Part shown: one piece after another, positions 21,025 through 30,692 of the stretch
Layout of the letters: every line of letters begins with the position of its first letter
Numbering within the stretch: the stretch's first letter is position 1
From: Phormidesmis sp.
GTDB lineage: Bacteria > Cyanobacteriota > Cyanobacteriia > Leptolyngbyales > Leptolyngbyaceae
Reading direction: 5' to 3'
Length of the DNA: 64,000 nucleotides
NCBI GenBank assembly: GCA_965248535.1
Contig: CBDFJR010000005.1
Coordinates: 2,304,001 to 2,368,000 of the forward strand
The notes under the pieces: generated by a model
Seen by the model: only the letters and a program-made list of their open reading frames with translations
Databases searched by the model: none
Told to the model about the DNA's origin: nothing
Position numbers and translations under genes: made by a program

Positions 21025-21057
21025 ATTGTGAACCTTCTAGTCGGCTGGAGAGTCAAG
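21025..21057 (-). promoter_or_regulatory. MerR/CueR-type promoter-operator of copZ-copA
   Basis: TTGACT-N20-CACAAT with dyad ACTCTCCA-N6-TAGAAGGT. Confidence 0.7.
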
Positions 21058-21148
21058 CGATCGGGTTAAAACTTTTCTAAAGACAGAGAAGAGGCTGTCT
21101 CTCGGTCAGAGAACCAGCCTCATTCACACTAAACCTTCTTTGGCTCGA

Positions 21149-21505
21149 TTAAGGCATTGCCATCGCCATTTGACGGCAAGATTCTGCACATCGCTGGCAA
21201 GATTCTGCACATCGCTGGCAGTGGTCGTGGTCATGTTTTGCACACTCAGCCGCACAGCGATCGCACGCCTCGGCACAAACACCGCACAGTTGAGCGTGAA
21301 GATCGGAATTGCGAGCCATGAATCGGGCACAAATATCACAAGTATCTGCACAGTCACGACAGGTTTTGATGCACTGAGCCATCATCTGCACCATATCGCT
21401 ATCGAGGCAAGCAGTCGCGCAGTTTTCACACTCACGTAGACAGTCAAGACACGCTTTGATGCAAACGTCGAGTTGAGATTGATGAGCTTGAGTCGCGATC
21501 ATCAC
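21149..21505 (-). CDS. Cys-rich four-helix-bundle copper storage protein (Csp3/DUF326-like)
   Basis: Repeated CxxxCxxCxxxC motifs, HDHDHCQRCAESC. Confidence 0.88.
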   Translation of the reverse strand: MMIATQAHQSQLDVCIKACLDCLRECENCATACLDSDMVQMMAQCIKTCRDCADTCDICARFMARNSDLHAQLCGVCAEACDRCAAECAKHDHDHCQRCAESCQRCAESCRQMAMAMP

Positions 21506-21640
21506 TGATCTCCTAAAAAAACAACAATGGAACTGAGCTACAGTTCACAGGCTTTACATTAGAAAGTTAATTGAGCGATCGCCTCTAACCCTTGAGGTAC
21601 AAACTCGTTAAAGAAGTTTAATGCTATTGATAGAGCGCCA

Positions 21641-21657
21641 TTTCATCCTAATTTCAT
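21641..21657 (+). promoter_or_regulatory. CopR-type direct repeat TTTCAT-N5-TTTCAT
   Basis: TTTCAT CCTAA TTTCAT upstream of the copM-like gene; matches the Synechocystis CopR box pattern. Confidence 0.6.
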
Positions 21658-21737
21658 CTTTTTATGCAGTCTTGAACCGATGGACAATTGACGTTACACC
21701 AGAGTTGGGGATCTACCCAAAGGATGGCTGTCTGCAT

Positions 21738-21769
21738 TTGACTCTCCACTCAACTGGACAGTCCAAAAT
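21738..21769 (+). promoter_or_regulatory. Second MerR/CueR-type promoter-operator (copM)
   Basis: TTGACT-N20-CAAAAT with dyad ACTCTCCA-N6-TGGACAGT. Confidence 0.7.
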
Positions 21770-21801
21770 AAAAGACGTAAGCAAAGTTTGTAGGTATAAG
21801 T

Positions 21802-22497
21802 ATGACTCACTCACTGTTCAAAACAGGGTTTCTTGGACTCTCGATCGGGGCTGCGATTGTGGTGAGCGGGTTGACCGCTTGCTCCAACTCTGCCCAAACG
21901 TCAACCTCTAATCAAAGCCCCGCCGCAACGGGTTCACCCATGGCAGCCATGCCCGGAATGGATCACAGCACTATGAATGGCGGCATGATGAACATGGATT
22001 TGGGCCCGGCTGACGCAAACTTTGATTTACGCTTTATGGATGCCATGATTCCCCATCACCAGGGAGCCGTCAAAATGGCGCAAGAAGCACTCCAAAAATC
22101 AAAGCGTCCTGAGATCAAGAAATTGGCGCAATCAATTATTGCTGACCAAGATAAAGAAATTGCTCAAATGCAGCAGTGGCGCAAGTCTTGGTATGCAAAT
22201 GCAGCCAGCACTCCAATGGCATGGGATAGCGGCACAAAGGGCATGATGCCCATGGCACAGGATCAGATGAAGGGCATGATGATGAATATGAATTTGGGCG
22301 CAGCAGACGATCAGTTTGACTTGCGGTTTATCAATGCGATGACCCCGCACCACGAAAGCGCGATCGTCATGGCAAATAATGTCCTGCAAAAATCAAAACG
22401 TCCTGAAATTCAAAAACTTGCGACAGCGATCGTATCCTCGCAGCAGGCCGAAATTGCTCAGATGAAACAGTGGCGCAAAGGCTGGTATCGCCAATAG
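21802..22497 (+). CDS. copM: DUF305 copper-binding lipoprotein (CopM-like)
   Basis: Lipobox LTAC, Met-rich, two repeats MIPHHQGAV / MTPHHESAI. Confidence 0.85.
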   Translation: MTHSLFKTGFLGLSIGAAIVVSGLTACSNSAQTSTSNQSPAATGSPMAAMPGMDHSTMNGGMMNMDLGPADANFDLRFMDAMIPHHQGAVKMAQEALQKSKRPEIKKLAQSIIADQDKEIAQMQQWRKSWYANAASTPMAWDSGTKGMMPMAQDQMKGMMMNMNLGAADDQFDLRFINAMTPHHESAIVMANNVLQKSKRPEIQKLATAIVSSQQAEIAQMKQWRKGWYRQ

Positions 22498-22506
22498 TCC
22501 ATTTCA

Positions 22507-22557
22507 ATTTCATGCTCATTTCATGCTCATTTCATGCTCATTTCATGCTCATTTCAT
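22507..22557 (+). repeat. 11-bp tandem repeat (ATTTCATGCTC) x4.6
   Basis: TTTCAT at 22508, 22519, 22530, 22541 and 22552. Confidence 0.9.
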
Positions 22558-22752
22558 AGTCGGCTAGCACACTTGGCATCAAAACGACGGGGCAAATTGA
22601 GACCCTGGCCCATCGCCCAATCCGGCAAACCATCGGTTGAGATTTTGATTACAGAATGTATTGCGGCTGACCAAACTGCCCCCAACTAACGAGATTGGGT
22701 TGATAATAGTTCATATCAGTTCATCTCAGACAATCTTTACCTAGGAGCAGCT

Positions 22753-22851
22753 ATGTCAAAAGAGAAAAAGAGCAACAAAGAAGTCAAAAAACCAAAAGCA
22801 CAATCGGATGAAACAAAAAAACAAAAGAAAGACCCCAAGAGATACGATTAG
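22753..22851 (+). CDS. 32-aa Lys-rich small protein
   Basis: AGGAG RBS 5 nt before ATG; MSKEKKSNKEVKKPKAQSDETKKQKKDPKRYD*. Confidence 0.65.
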   Translation: MSKEKKSNKEVKKPKAQSDETKKQKKDPKRYD

Positions 22852-22926
22852 CTAGCTGTTTAGTCTAAACCCGTCACAATAGGGGATGAGCCAATAACTC
22901 TGAGATCATCAAGATTACCCATCCCC

Positions 22927-24132
22927 ATGCAGATCGCCCCCCTCAACTGGACAGAACTCGCCGCCCTCACGAACTTTCAAATCGATTTCGTCAACGGTGG
23001 CACTAACGCCCAAGCCCGATTACGCCTTTTTGGTCAGCCCGAAACCGATGTGCGGGTCACCCTCTACCGCGACAACCACGCCTGGTGCCCCTATTGTCAA
23101 AAGGTCTGGCTCTGGCTAGAAGAGAAACAAATCCCCTACCGCGTCGAAAAAGTAACGATGTTTTGCTACGGGGAGAAAGAGACTTGGTATAAGCGCAAAG
23201 TGCCTTCAGGGATGCTGCCCGCGATCGAGCTAGACGGTCACATCATCACCGAAAGCGATGACATTTTGATCGCTCTAGAGCAGGCTTTTGGCTCCCTAGG
23301 CGCAGGCATGAAAGACTCCGCTGTTCTCCCCCTGCGATGGCTAGAGCGGTTGCTCTTTAGGGCTTGGTGTGCATGGCTGTGCCGTCAAGCCAAGTCGTCT
23401 TCAGAAGAGCAGCGCAACCGCGAACAGTTCATCAGCGCGGTCGCCAAGGTCGAAGAGGCGCTCAGTCAGACTCCGGGTGCTTACTTCCTCAAAGAGTTTG
23501 GCACTGCCGATGTTGTTTTCACGCCCTATGTTGAACGCATGAATGCCAGTCTTTACTACTACAAAGGCTATTCTCTGCGAGAAGACAACCCTGGCTTGGG
23601 TGCCTGGTTTGCGGCCATGGAAAGCCGACTCACTTATCGAGGCACCCAGAGCGACTTTCATACCCATGTCCACGATTTGCCGCCGCAGATGGGTGGCTGC
23701 TGGGAAAACGGGGAACCGCAGGCGCGACTCAACCAAGAGAAAGTAGATCACGGCCCTTGGCTTGGGCTACCCGATGTGACCTATCCAGAGCCGGAAACCT
23801 CCTGTGCTGAGGCGCTTCAGCAGGTGCTCAAGCACCGCGCCAACCTGATTAAAGTTAACCCGGCAGATGACCAATTGATGGATGAGGCTTTGCGGTGTGC
23901 CTTGACGACTCTGATCACGGGGAAAGCCTGTATGCCGCCGCTAGGGGCTGATCTTGCCTTGCGCTATCTGCGCGATCGCGTCAATGTGCCCCGCGATATG
24001 TCTATCTATGCAGCCAAGCGCCTGCGAGAAGCGTTAGAAAAAACGGCAGATCTGGTGGGCGATCGCCAGAGTCCGCTGCTGCCAACCCACCATCGGCGTG
24101 ACCAAAACCCGGCGGATTTTGCCCGGCGTTAG
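22927..24132 (+). CDS. Glutathione S-transferase family protein
   Basis: WCPYCQKVW thioredoxin-like N domain, [12 protein letters not shown] domain. Confidence 0.9.
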   Translation: MQIAPLNWTELAALTNFQIDFVNGGTNAQARLRLFGQPETDVRVTLYRDNHAWCPYCQKVWLWLEEKQIPYRVEKVTMFCYGEKETWYKRKVPSGMLPAIELDGHIITESDDILIALEQAFGSLGAGMKDSAVLPLRWLERLLFRAWCAWLCRQAKSSSEEQRNREQFISAVAKVEEALSQTPGAYFLKEFGTADVVFTPYVERMNASLYYYKGYSLREDNPGLGAWFAAMESRLTYRGTQSDFHTHVHDLPPQMGGCWENGEPQARLNQEKVDHGPWLGLPDVTYPEPETSCAEALQQVLKHRANLIKVNPADDQLMDEALRCALTTLITGKACMPPLGADLALRYLRDRVNVPRDMSIYAAKRLREALEKTADLVGDRQSPLLPTHHRRDQNPADFARR

Positions 24133-24237
24133 AGCATTTAGGAGATTTCTATTTTAGAAACGGCGGGCGATTTGATCGGTGCTGTTGCGGGTCTGGGTGA
24201 TCTTTGGACTAAACCCCAACAGCAGGGAAAATATCCC

Positions 24238-25086
24238 TCACCGCGCAAACTCATAGTTAATCTCTGTAGTTCTTCCTTTGAAATAGAGCCGAGTGCCTTC
24301 TGGGTATTCCCATCCCACTTCGCCTTCTAAAGGAATCAGCATCCCATCACAAACTGAATATCCCCAAAATCTGCCGCCCTAGGGCATTGCAGTTAGCTTG
24401 TCTCGATAACGAGCCTCAGCCCTAAACGTAGCGATCGTTCCTTCAGCATTAAACTGAAACACAACGGACACAGTGGTTGCACCATCGGTCAGAGTCGCAC
24501 GAGCGCAGGTGTCATTGATCGCTTTCCAGTCTACACCCTGACTGGGTAACAAGGTAGTAGAATACCAAGCTGCCTCAGACAAGAATCGCAACAATTCACC
24601 TTGGTTCAATTCGGGCGTACTGTGCATGTTTACAAGGGTGAAAAGACCGAGTAATGATGCGTGTAAATTGCTTTCTCCTAACAGATAGGTATCATGGACA
24701 AAAGCATTCAGTCTTGGAGCCATCTGGATGCGGGCATCCCAATCAAAACCGAGGCGTTGAGTCATCACAAGTTGGGTGGCAGTAAACGGACTCCATTTAG
24801 ATTCCGTCTCGCTCATGTTGAACTGTCCCTGCTGAGAGAGTTTGACCCCTGCTACGATCGCTTGTCCATCCTTGAGTACTGTCTTGAAAAAACGCTGCAC
24901 TGGATCTGGTAAGCCTTCGATCTCTTTTTGGTTATAGATTTCTGGCTCAATTGTTCGCCGTCCATTTGTTAGTTTGGCTCGTAAGTTATTAGTGTTTGAC
25001 TGCCAGCGATAGCTACCATAGATCGCAGCAAGTCCGAGGCAGACTATGATCAAAACACCCATCATTACAATCCATTTCATACACAT
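24238..25086 (-). pseudogene. DUF6544/DUF6920-like membrane-anchored protein with an internal nonsense codon
   Basis: ORF stops at AMP-TAG (24379-24381), but the frame continues GGRFWGYSVCDGMLIPLEGEVGW...YFKGRTTEINYEFAR to TGA at 24238; likely TGG>TAG. Confidence 0.7.
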
Positions 25087-25165
25087 GATACTGACCTCTG
25101 TTTGTTAATGCAGAATTTGATAGATGGTGATGATAAGAACGATCGCGAAAATAGTTGTATAAATT

Positions 25166-25746
25166 CTAAGTACAGGACAAAAGTTTTAGAATCTGAACAT
25201 ACTGCTCGTTGCAGCTATCGAGATTGAGCAGAATCTGACGGAGATAATCCAAGCCTGTGCGAAAGATGCTCTTGGTTTTGCGTCCATGCTTTTTGACGGG
25301 GATGGGCTGATGTTCCACGACCCACTCGCCGACCCGATGCGCCCAACAGAATGCCAAGGTTAAGAGCGCTAGGAGCTTTTTGAGCCGTTCGGGGTCTTTG
25401 AGGTGGGTTGCCTCCAGGCAAAAGCCCCGAGTTTTCAAGCAGCCAAACAAGGTTTCAATGCCCCAGCGATGGGCATAGTCAGAAATGGCAGTGGCGGGCG
25501 CATGGGTTGTGGCAATCACGAGCAGCGACCCGTCATCAAGCTGTAATCCTGCCAAGTAAAGCCAATGTCCCCAAAGTCGTCGTTTCCCCGTTGCTTGCAG
25601 TACCCCGAAGGGGTAATAGCACCTTCGATTGATGAGGCTGTAAATCCTGAAAGGCGATGCTAAAACGCCAGTGCAGCAAAGGTTTCAGCCGTTTTAGCTA
25701 AAAGCTTTGATGGGAGGGCCTTTCAGTCTTTTTGTCCTGTACTTAG
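25166..25746 (-). mobile_element. Internally deleted IS4-family element (581 bp)
   Basis: Perfect 17-bp terminal inverted repeats CTAAGTACAGGACAAAA; transposase C-terminus with Y-x2-R-W-x-I-E (YAHRWGIETLF) ending LLSCT. Confidence 0.88.
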
Positions 25747-25826
25747 GTGAAAAATACACAGCTACCTCACAAGACCCTCACACCTTACAGTCTATGATCG
25801 TCGAGAACACTGCATACTCAACGAAC

Positions 25827-27041
25827 TTAACCAATCAGTTGAGAGACTCGAAAGGCAGATGTGATGGCTCCTTCATGCAAGCCATCTCCTAGATAGGCTC
25901 CTGCATGGTAGGTGTTGTTCTCTCCATTGGTAGCAACGACCTCATCTCGGTATCGAAAGGATTCGGTGTTGTACAACGGGGTGCGATGTTCCTGAACGTG
26001 AATGATTTGATCTTTGGCAATCAACTCCTCTAGTTGAAACGATAGGAAGTAATCTTGCGGGGAAGAGATACCGCTCAGTTGATTCAGATGGCTGTTATAA
26101 CCCCATCGAATATTTGTCTGAAAGAAATCAAATTCTGAGGGATGCTGAATACTATGATGGCTATACATAGACGCATCTTTATGAACTGTAGTCATTGCGT
26201 AATTAGCTTTCCAATCTGAGAAGCGTTTGGTTTCGGCATCGGTTGGGTCAGCTAACAGCGCCATCACTTGGTCGGGCGGCGTGGCAAACACGACTTTATC
26301 AAACTCCTGCATTTCGCCGTTCGATCGCTCGACTTTCACAACATCTGAGCGTCTGGAAATATTGGCAATCTCTGCGTTGAGCAAGACTTCACCTTTGAAG
26401 CGCTCCAAAATTTTCTCAATGTAGGAGTATACACCGCCTTCAACCCTGAGCCATTGCACCGCAACATAGTCACGTAATACCGGAACTGCTAATTCTGCGG
26501 GAAAGTTGTCAATGAGTTCAAATGGCATTGAGTAGCTATACATTGTCAGCAACTTAAGCCAGATATTGCTGATACTCTGGTTCTTCACATAGTGGGACAA
26601 GGGCTGGTTATATAAATCTTTCATCTCAGCAAATCGCGTTTCTAACCATAGCCCAATAGAACGGGCATGAAGAGTATCAAACCGCAAATATTCAATCAGG
26701 CGGTGGATACCTGTGAAGTTCTTCTCAATCATTACCCCCGATAAAAAGTGACGGCCATCTTTAGGAAACAGCGCTGAACCGATCTGGACGGGCTTGAGTT
26801 CTACTCCTAGCTCTTGCATGAGAGCGATAAAGTTGTGAAATATAGTAGGGAACTCTAGCACTCCACTTTCCAACATCTCACTGCAATCGGATTGGTTAGG
26901 CTTCACGTTTTTGTTCAGTGTCCGAATATGTCCTCCCAGTATGGGCTGCCGTTCAAACACGGTGACATGGTGCCCTTGCTTGTCTAACAAGTAAGCTGTG
27001 GCCATTCCGCTAGCTCCCCCTCCGACGATCGCAATTCTCAT
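25827..27041 (-). CDS. FAD-dependent oxidoreductase (amine oxidase-like)
   Basis: IVGGGASG, GGHIRT, GAYLGDGLHEGA. Confidence 0.88.
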   Translation of the reverse strand: MRIAIVGGGASGMATAYLLDKQGHHVTVFERQPILGGHIRTLNKNVKPNQSDCSEMLESGVLEFPTIFHNFIALMQELGVELKPVQIGSALFPKDGRHFLSGVMIEKNFTGIHRLIEYLRFDTLHARSIGLWLETRFAEMKDLYNQPLSHYVKNQSISNIWLKLLTMYSYSMPFELIDNFPAELAVPVLRDYVAVQWLRVEGGVYSYIEKILERFKGEVLLNAEIANISRRSDVVKVERSNGEMQEFDKVVFATPPDQVMALLADPTDAETKRFSDWKANYAMTTVHKDASMYSHHSIQHPSEFDFFQTNIRWGYNSHLNQLSGISSPQDYFLSFQLEELIAKDQIIHVQEHRTPLYNTESFRYRDEVVATNGENNTYHAGAYLGDGLHEGAITSAFRVSQLIG

Positions 27042-27077
27042 AGCTGACCTCTCAGTTGATGGTATGAAGGATGACTG

Positions 27078-28616
27078 TTAGCTGTTGCTCAAAAGCACAT
27101 CGCCAGATAATCGCTGATAGAGTAGTGTCCCTGTCCAAAATGTGGGGGCAAAGCCCGGATAACCGGATGAGGCATTGCAGAAATAGAACTGGTTAAGTGA
27201 GGTTTCGTGATTCAACCGTCCCAGCCCCATGTTGCGCGGCGTGAGACTAGAGCCGTAGGAGTTTCCGCTGGGGCACCAGCAAAAGCGCTCATTGGTCGTG
27301 GGGCTGCCCGTAATATTAAAGACCATGTGCTTTCTAAAATTCGGCACGTAGTGTTGTTCTACAACATCCAGAATGGCATCTAAGATTTCTTGTTTTTTCT
27401 GTCTATAGGCTTTGCGATTGCTCTCCCGCAGTTGCTTAAAATAGTCGTAATTAGCAACGGTCAGAAACTCAACAATTTGGCAGTCTTCTGGGCAATCGTG
27501 TCGTGCTCCTGTGAGTAAGGTGGGCGTTGTGATGGCAAAACTAGGATTAGAAAAGTCATTGTGCTCATACATTTGAGCAAACGCTTCATTCAGATCATGA
27601 TGACCTGTATGGAAGAGATTCCAGTTGCCAAATCCATAGTCTCGGAGGTCAAGATCTTTGACAACACAGTAGACCATGTAGTTAGATGCAGAATACTCAT
27701 AGTTGAGTTTTTGCTGCACTTTTTTAGAGAACTTTTCCTCACCAATCATTTTGGCGGCTCTTTGGGGATCGATGTTGCAAATCACGGTGTTGCCCATAAA
27801 GTCATGGGTTTGATGGGTGATTAGATCCGTCGTTTCAACTCCCGTGACTGTTTTGTCTGTGACTCTAAAATTCGTGACTTCATGGTTGAGCAACACCTGT
27901 CCGCCGTTTGTTTCAATCACGTTAACGAGCGAATTGATCACCTGCTCAAAATGCTGGGTGGGGTAAAATGCGCCTGCTTGATAGCCCCGGAACAATACAA
28001 CCCAGGCATAGAACGAGAGTTGGTTTGGAGGCAGTAAAAAATCAGGCCATTGCAGCGCTAATAGGGTTTGGGCGGACTGCGGTAGCTGAAACTTATCGAA
28101 TACATCCTGAAGGGTGCTGTTGAGATGGTGGGCAGCACAGAACACCTCATCGGCATGTTTGAGTAGTTCAATGGGCTGAATGGGAGGAGCCAGTTTCTTC
28201 AACCCTGCGCCAGTTTTTTCAACTTCGTTAACAAATTGAGCAATGCGATCGCCATGGGCCGGAAACAGCGCTGATAGTCGCTGGATCAGTTCCTGCGGCT
28301 CTGAGGGAATCTCTAACCTATGTCCCGGCATTCGCATATGGTCAAAGCCTTGGGGATCATATTGCTCAAAGGTCACGTCCTGATCTAAGCCCAGTTTCTT
28401 GAGCACCCGGTTGACCAGTTGCCCTTCACCACAATCCCAAACATAGTGAAATTGAGCATTAAACGTGTATTTTTTAGCCATTGTAAACGTATGGCCAAAG
28501 CCTCCTGGATGCTCATGGGCTTCAAGGACTTGCACAGTCTTGCCGGAGTTTGCCATCAAAGCACCAAAGACCAGCGCGGATAAACCACTGCCAACAATTA
28601 GGTAATCTGGTTTCAT
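27078..28616 (-). CDS. Phytoene dehydrogenase / retinol saturase-like FAD oxidoreductase
   Basis: IVGSGLSA, LEAHEHPGGFGHTF, GSPTTNERF, GNSYG. Confidence 0.85.
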   Translation of the reverse strand: MKPDYLIVGSGLSALVFGALMANSGKTVQVLEAHEHPGGFGHTFTMAKKYTFNAQFHYVWDCGEGQLVNRVLKKLGLDQDVTFEQYDPQGFDHMRMPGHRLEIPSEPQELIQRLSALFPAHGDRIAQFVNEVEKTGAGLKKLAPPIQPIELLKHADEVFCAAHHLNSTLQDVFDKFQLPQSAQTLLALQWPDFLLPPNQLSFYAWVVLFRGYQAGAFYPTQHFEQVINSLVNVIETNGGQVLLNHEVTNFRVTDKTVTGVETTDLITHQTHDFMGNTVICNIDPQRAAKMIGEEKFSKKVQQKLNYEYSASNYMVYCVVKDLDLRDYGFGNWNLFHTGHHDLNEAFAQMYEHNDFSNPSFAITTPTLLTGARHDCPEDCQIVEFLTVANYDYFKQLRESNRKAYRQKKQEILDAILDVVEQHYVPNFRKHMVFNITGSPTTNERFCWCPSGNSYGSSLTPRNMGLGRLNHETSLNQFYFCNASSGYPGFAPTFWTGTLLYQRLSGDVLLSNS

Positions 28617-29128
28617 AAAAGGGTGCCTCTGAAAGCGATCGACATTAAATTGCTCATTTTTTAGTTCCTGTTCTAACTAGATAGGCTTATGATTCAACAC
28701 TAGGGAATGTGGATTTATTAAGGTGCAACTTCTCGCTTTCTCCCTAAATGGCTACGGTATTTTATGAGTAGATAAAGATGCCTTACAACTGCTTAAAAGG
28801 GGATGATTAAATGAGTTGAAAATAGTACGGCGATCGCAAGAACCAACCCAGTCATCAATCAAGCTGCGATCGCGGCTCAAGGTAAAGAATTGGCGGCACT
28901 CATAACCCGTCACACCAATGACAGGGTTCTTCCTAATGGATTGATGGATTGTGATCATCTCATGCTTAAATCCTACAAGAGCAGTGCTGGCATCACTACA
29001 AGGAGTGCTAAAAGCAAAAATAATTCTGCCAGTATGACAATCAGTATCTACAGCATTCACTAATAGAAACAATGGACATATAACGATTATGATAAAATCT
29101 TATTAACGCTCATTAGGTTCGATAAATA

Positions 29129-30259
29129 ATGGCAACTCCAACACAAATTAAACGGTTCTTAGAAAACTGGCAAGACGAGATTGAAAGTGCCTATCTTTAT
29201 CGCTCGCTCGCCAAGGCAGAGCCTCAACCATCGCTTGCCGAGGTATATCGTCGTCTAGCCCAGACCGAAGAAGATCATGCTCACATTTGGGAAGATAAGT
29301 TGACCGAAGCTGGGCACTCTGTTCCTAAGCGCAAGATTGGATGGCGCACTCGGATGTTAGTCATTCTTGCGAGACAATTTGGCGCTCAGTTTGTTCTACC
29401 AACCGTTAATGCCATGGAGCAAGTAGATAGCCATGCTTACGATCAACAGCCAGAGGCACAAAACACATCTCTAGCCAGTGAAGAACGATCCCATGCGCGA
29501 CTATTACAAACCATCACTAATGCCTCAAATACTGGGTTAGAAGGAAGCGTCGTCGCTCAAATGGAGGGGCGGCACCGGAGCGCAGGCGGAAATACACTAC
29601 GAGCCGCCGTTTTAGGTGCAAACGATGGATTACTCTCAAATCTAAGTTTAATCATGGGAGTAGCTGGAGCAAACATCTCTGAGCGATCGATCCTGCTGAC
29701 AGGCTTTGCGGGTCTGATAGCTGGAGCCTGTTCGATGGCACTAGGAGAATGGCTATCGGTGCAGAGTGCGCGGGAGTTGTTTGAGCGACAAATTAAAATC
29801 GAGCGACAAGAGTTAGAGGATGCACCAGAGGCAGAAGAAGAAGAACTAGCGCTAATCTATGAAGCAAAGGGACTGCCCGCTGATCAAGCCCGATCGCTAG
29901 CGGCTCGGATCATCAGCAATCCTAAAACTGCCCTTGACACCTTGGCGCGAGAAGAACTTGGTATTGACCCAGAAGAACTGGGTGGTTCAGCATGGGTGGC
30001 TGCCATTACGTCGTTTTGCTTGTTTGCAGTCGGTGCCATTGTTCCAGTGATCCCTTTTTTGGTTTTACGAGGATGGAATGCTGTGGGCGGCAGCTTATTG
30101 TTGAGTGCGATCGCGCTGTTTCTGATCGGAGCAGGGATTACGTTGCTAACCGGGCGCAGCGTCCTTTACTCTGGTGTTCGGCAAATCGTTTTTGGACTTG
30201 GAGCAGCAGCGATTACCTATGGGGTTGGGCGACTCATAGGGGTATCGATCTCTGGCTAG
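29129..30259 (+). CDS. Rubrerythrin/ferritin-like domain fused to a VIT1/CCC1 transporter
   Basis: DEIESAYLY...EEDHA...EERSH, then RAAVLGANDGLLS and SMALGEWLSV. Confidence 0.9.
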   Translation: MATPTQIKRFLENWQDEIESAYLYRSLAKAEPQPSLAEVYRRLAQTEEDHAHIWEDKLTEAGHSVPKRKIGWRTRMLVILARQFGAQFVLPTVNAMEQVDSHAYDQQPEAQNTSLASEERSHARLLQTITNASNTGLEGSVVAQMEGRHRSAGGNTLRAAVLGANDGLLSNLSLIMGVAGANISERSILLTGFAGLIAGACSMALGEWLSVQSARELFERQIKIERQELEDAPEAEEEELALIYEAKGLPADQARSLAARIISNPKTALDTLAREELGIDPEELGGSAWVAAITSFCLFAVGAIVPVIPFLVLRGWNAVGGSLLLSAIALFLIGAGITLLTGRSVLYSGVRQIVFGLGAAAITYGVGRLIGVSISG

Positions 30260-30329
30260 GGCGGTGAGAGCATTTCTAGATGCTAGACCTCCTGCACGAA
30301 TCCTAGAATGCCCCTTGTATCTTAAGAGA

Positions 30330-30443
30330 GCAATTGCGACTGATCGTTCAATCCGACGGGGCACGGCATGCCATGCCCCTACGCTTTTTGTACGGTGCCG
30401 TGCCCTCGTGCGGATCTGTCGCATTCACAAATCAAATTGGTAT
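30330..30443. repeat. MITE/REP-like element, copy 2 (left end replaced by an AGACCTCCTGCACGAAT-family repeat)
   Basis: Near-identical to 10592-10714. Confidence 0.8.
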
Positions 30444-30525
30444 GAGTATCCCGTAGGACGCAAGGTAGAGGAACCTCTGAGACTCCTGCCATCCCCTTCA
30501 TAATATTGGGAGTTGTCTAAGCGTT

Positions 30526-30690
30526 GTGAAGGTGGAATTACGCTTGTCGGCGCAGCGAACGATTCAAATTATGATCCAAGTGTGTGCGGGGTTGCAGTTG
30601 GCGCATAGGGGTGTGATTATTCGGGCATCAACTACAAAGGGGCTGATGTTGACTTTTGGGTCATTTGTGTCGATTTGGGTGCCTGAAGGC
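30526..30690 (+). pseudogene. Ser/Thr kinase fragment
   Basis: LSAQRTIQIMIQVCAGLQLAHRGVI resembles kinase helix E/subdomain VI; the rest of the gene is absent. Confidence 0.5.
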
Positions 30691-30692
30691 GA

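Noticed and set aside
21140..21439. + strand ORF with 21-bp tandem repeat
   Set aside because: It is the antisense shadow of the Cys-rich Csp gene (CQRCAES x2)
22620..22650. c-di-GMP-I riboswitch (GGCAAACCATC)
   Set aside because: Lacks the GAAA-capped P2 stem and the GACGCAAAGC motif
28752..29072. 106-aa ORF on the - strand
   Set aside because: No RBS or recognisable motif; AT-rich intergenic region, possibly decayed sequence
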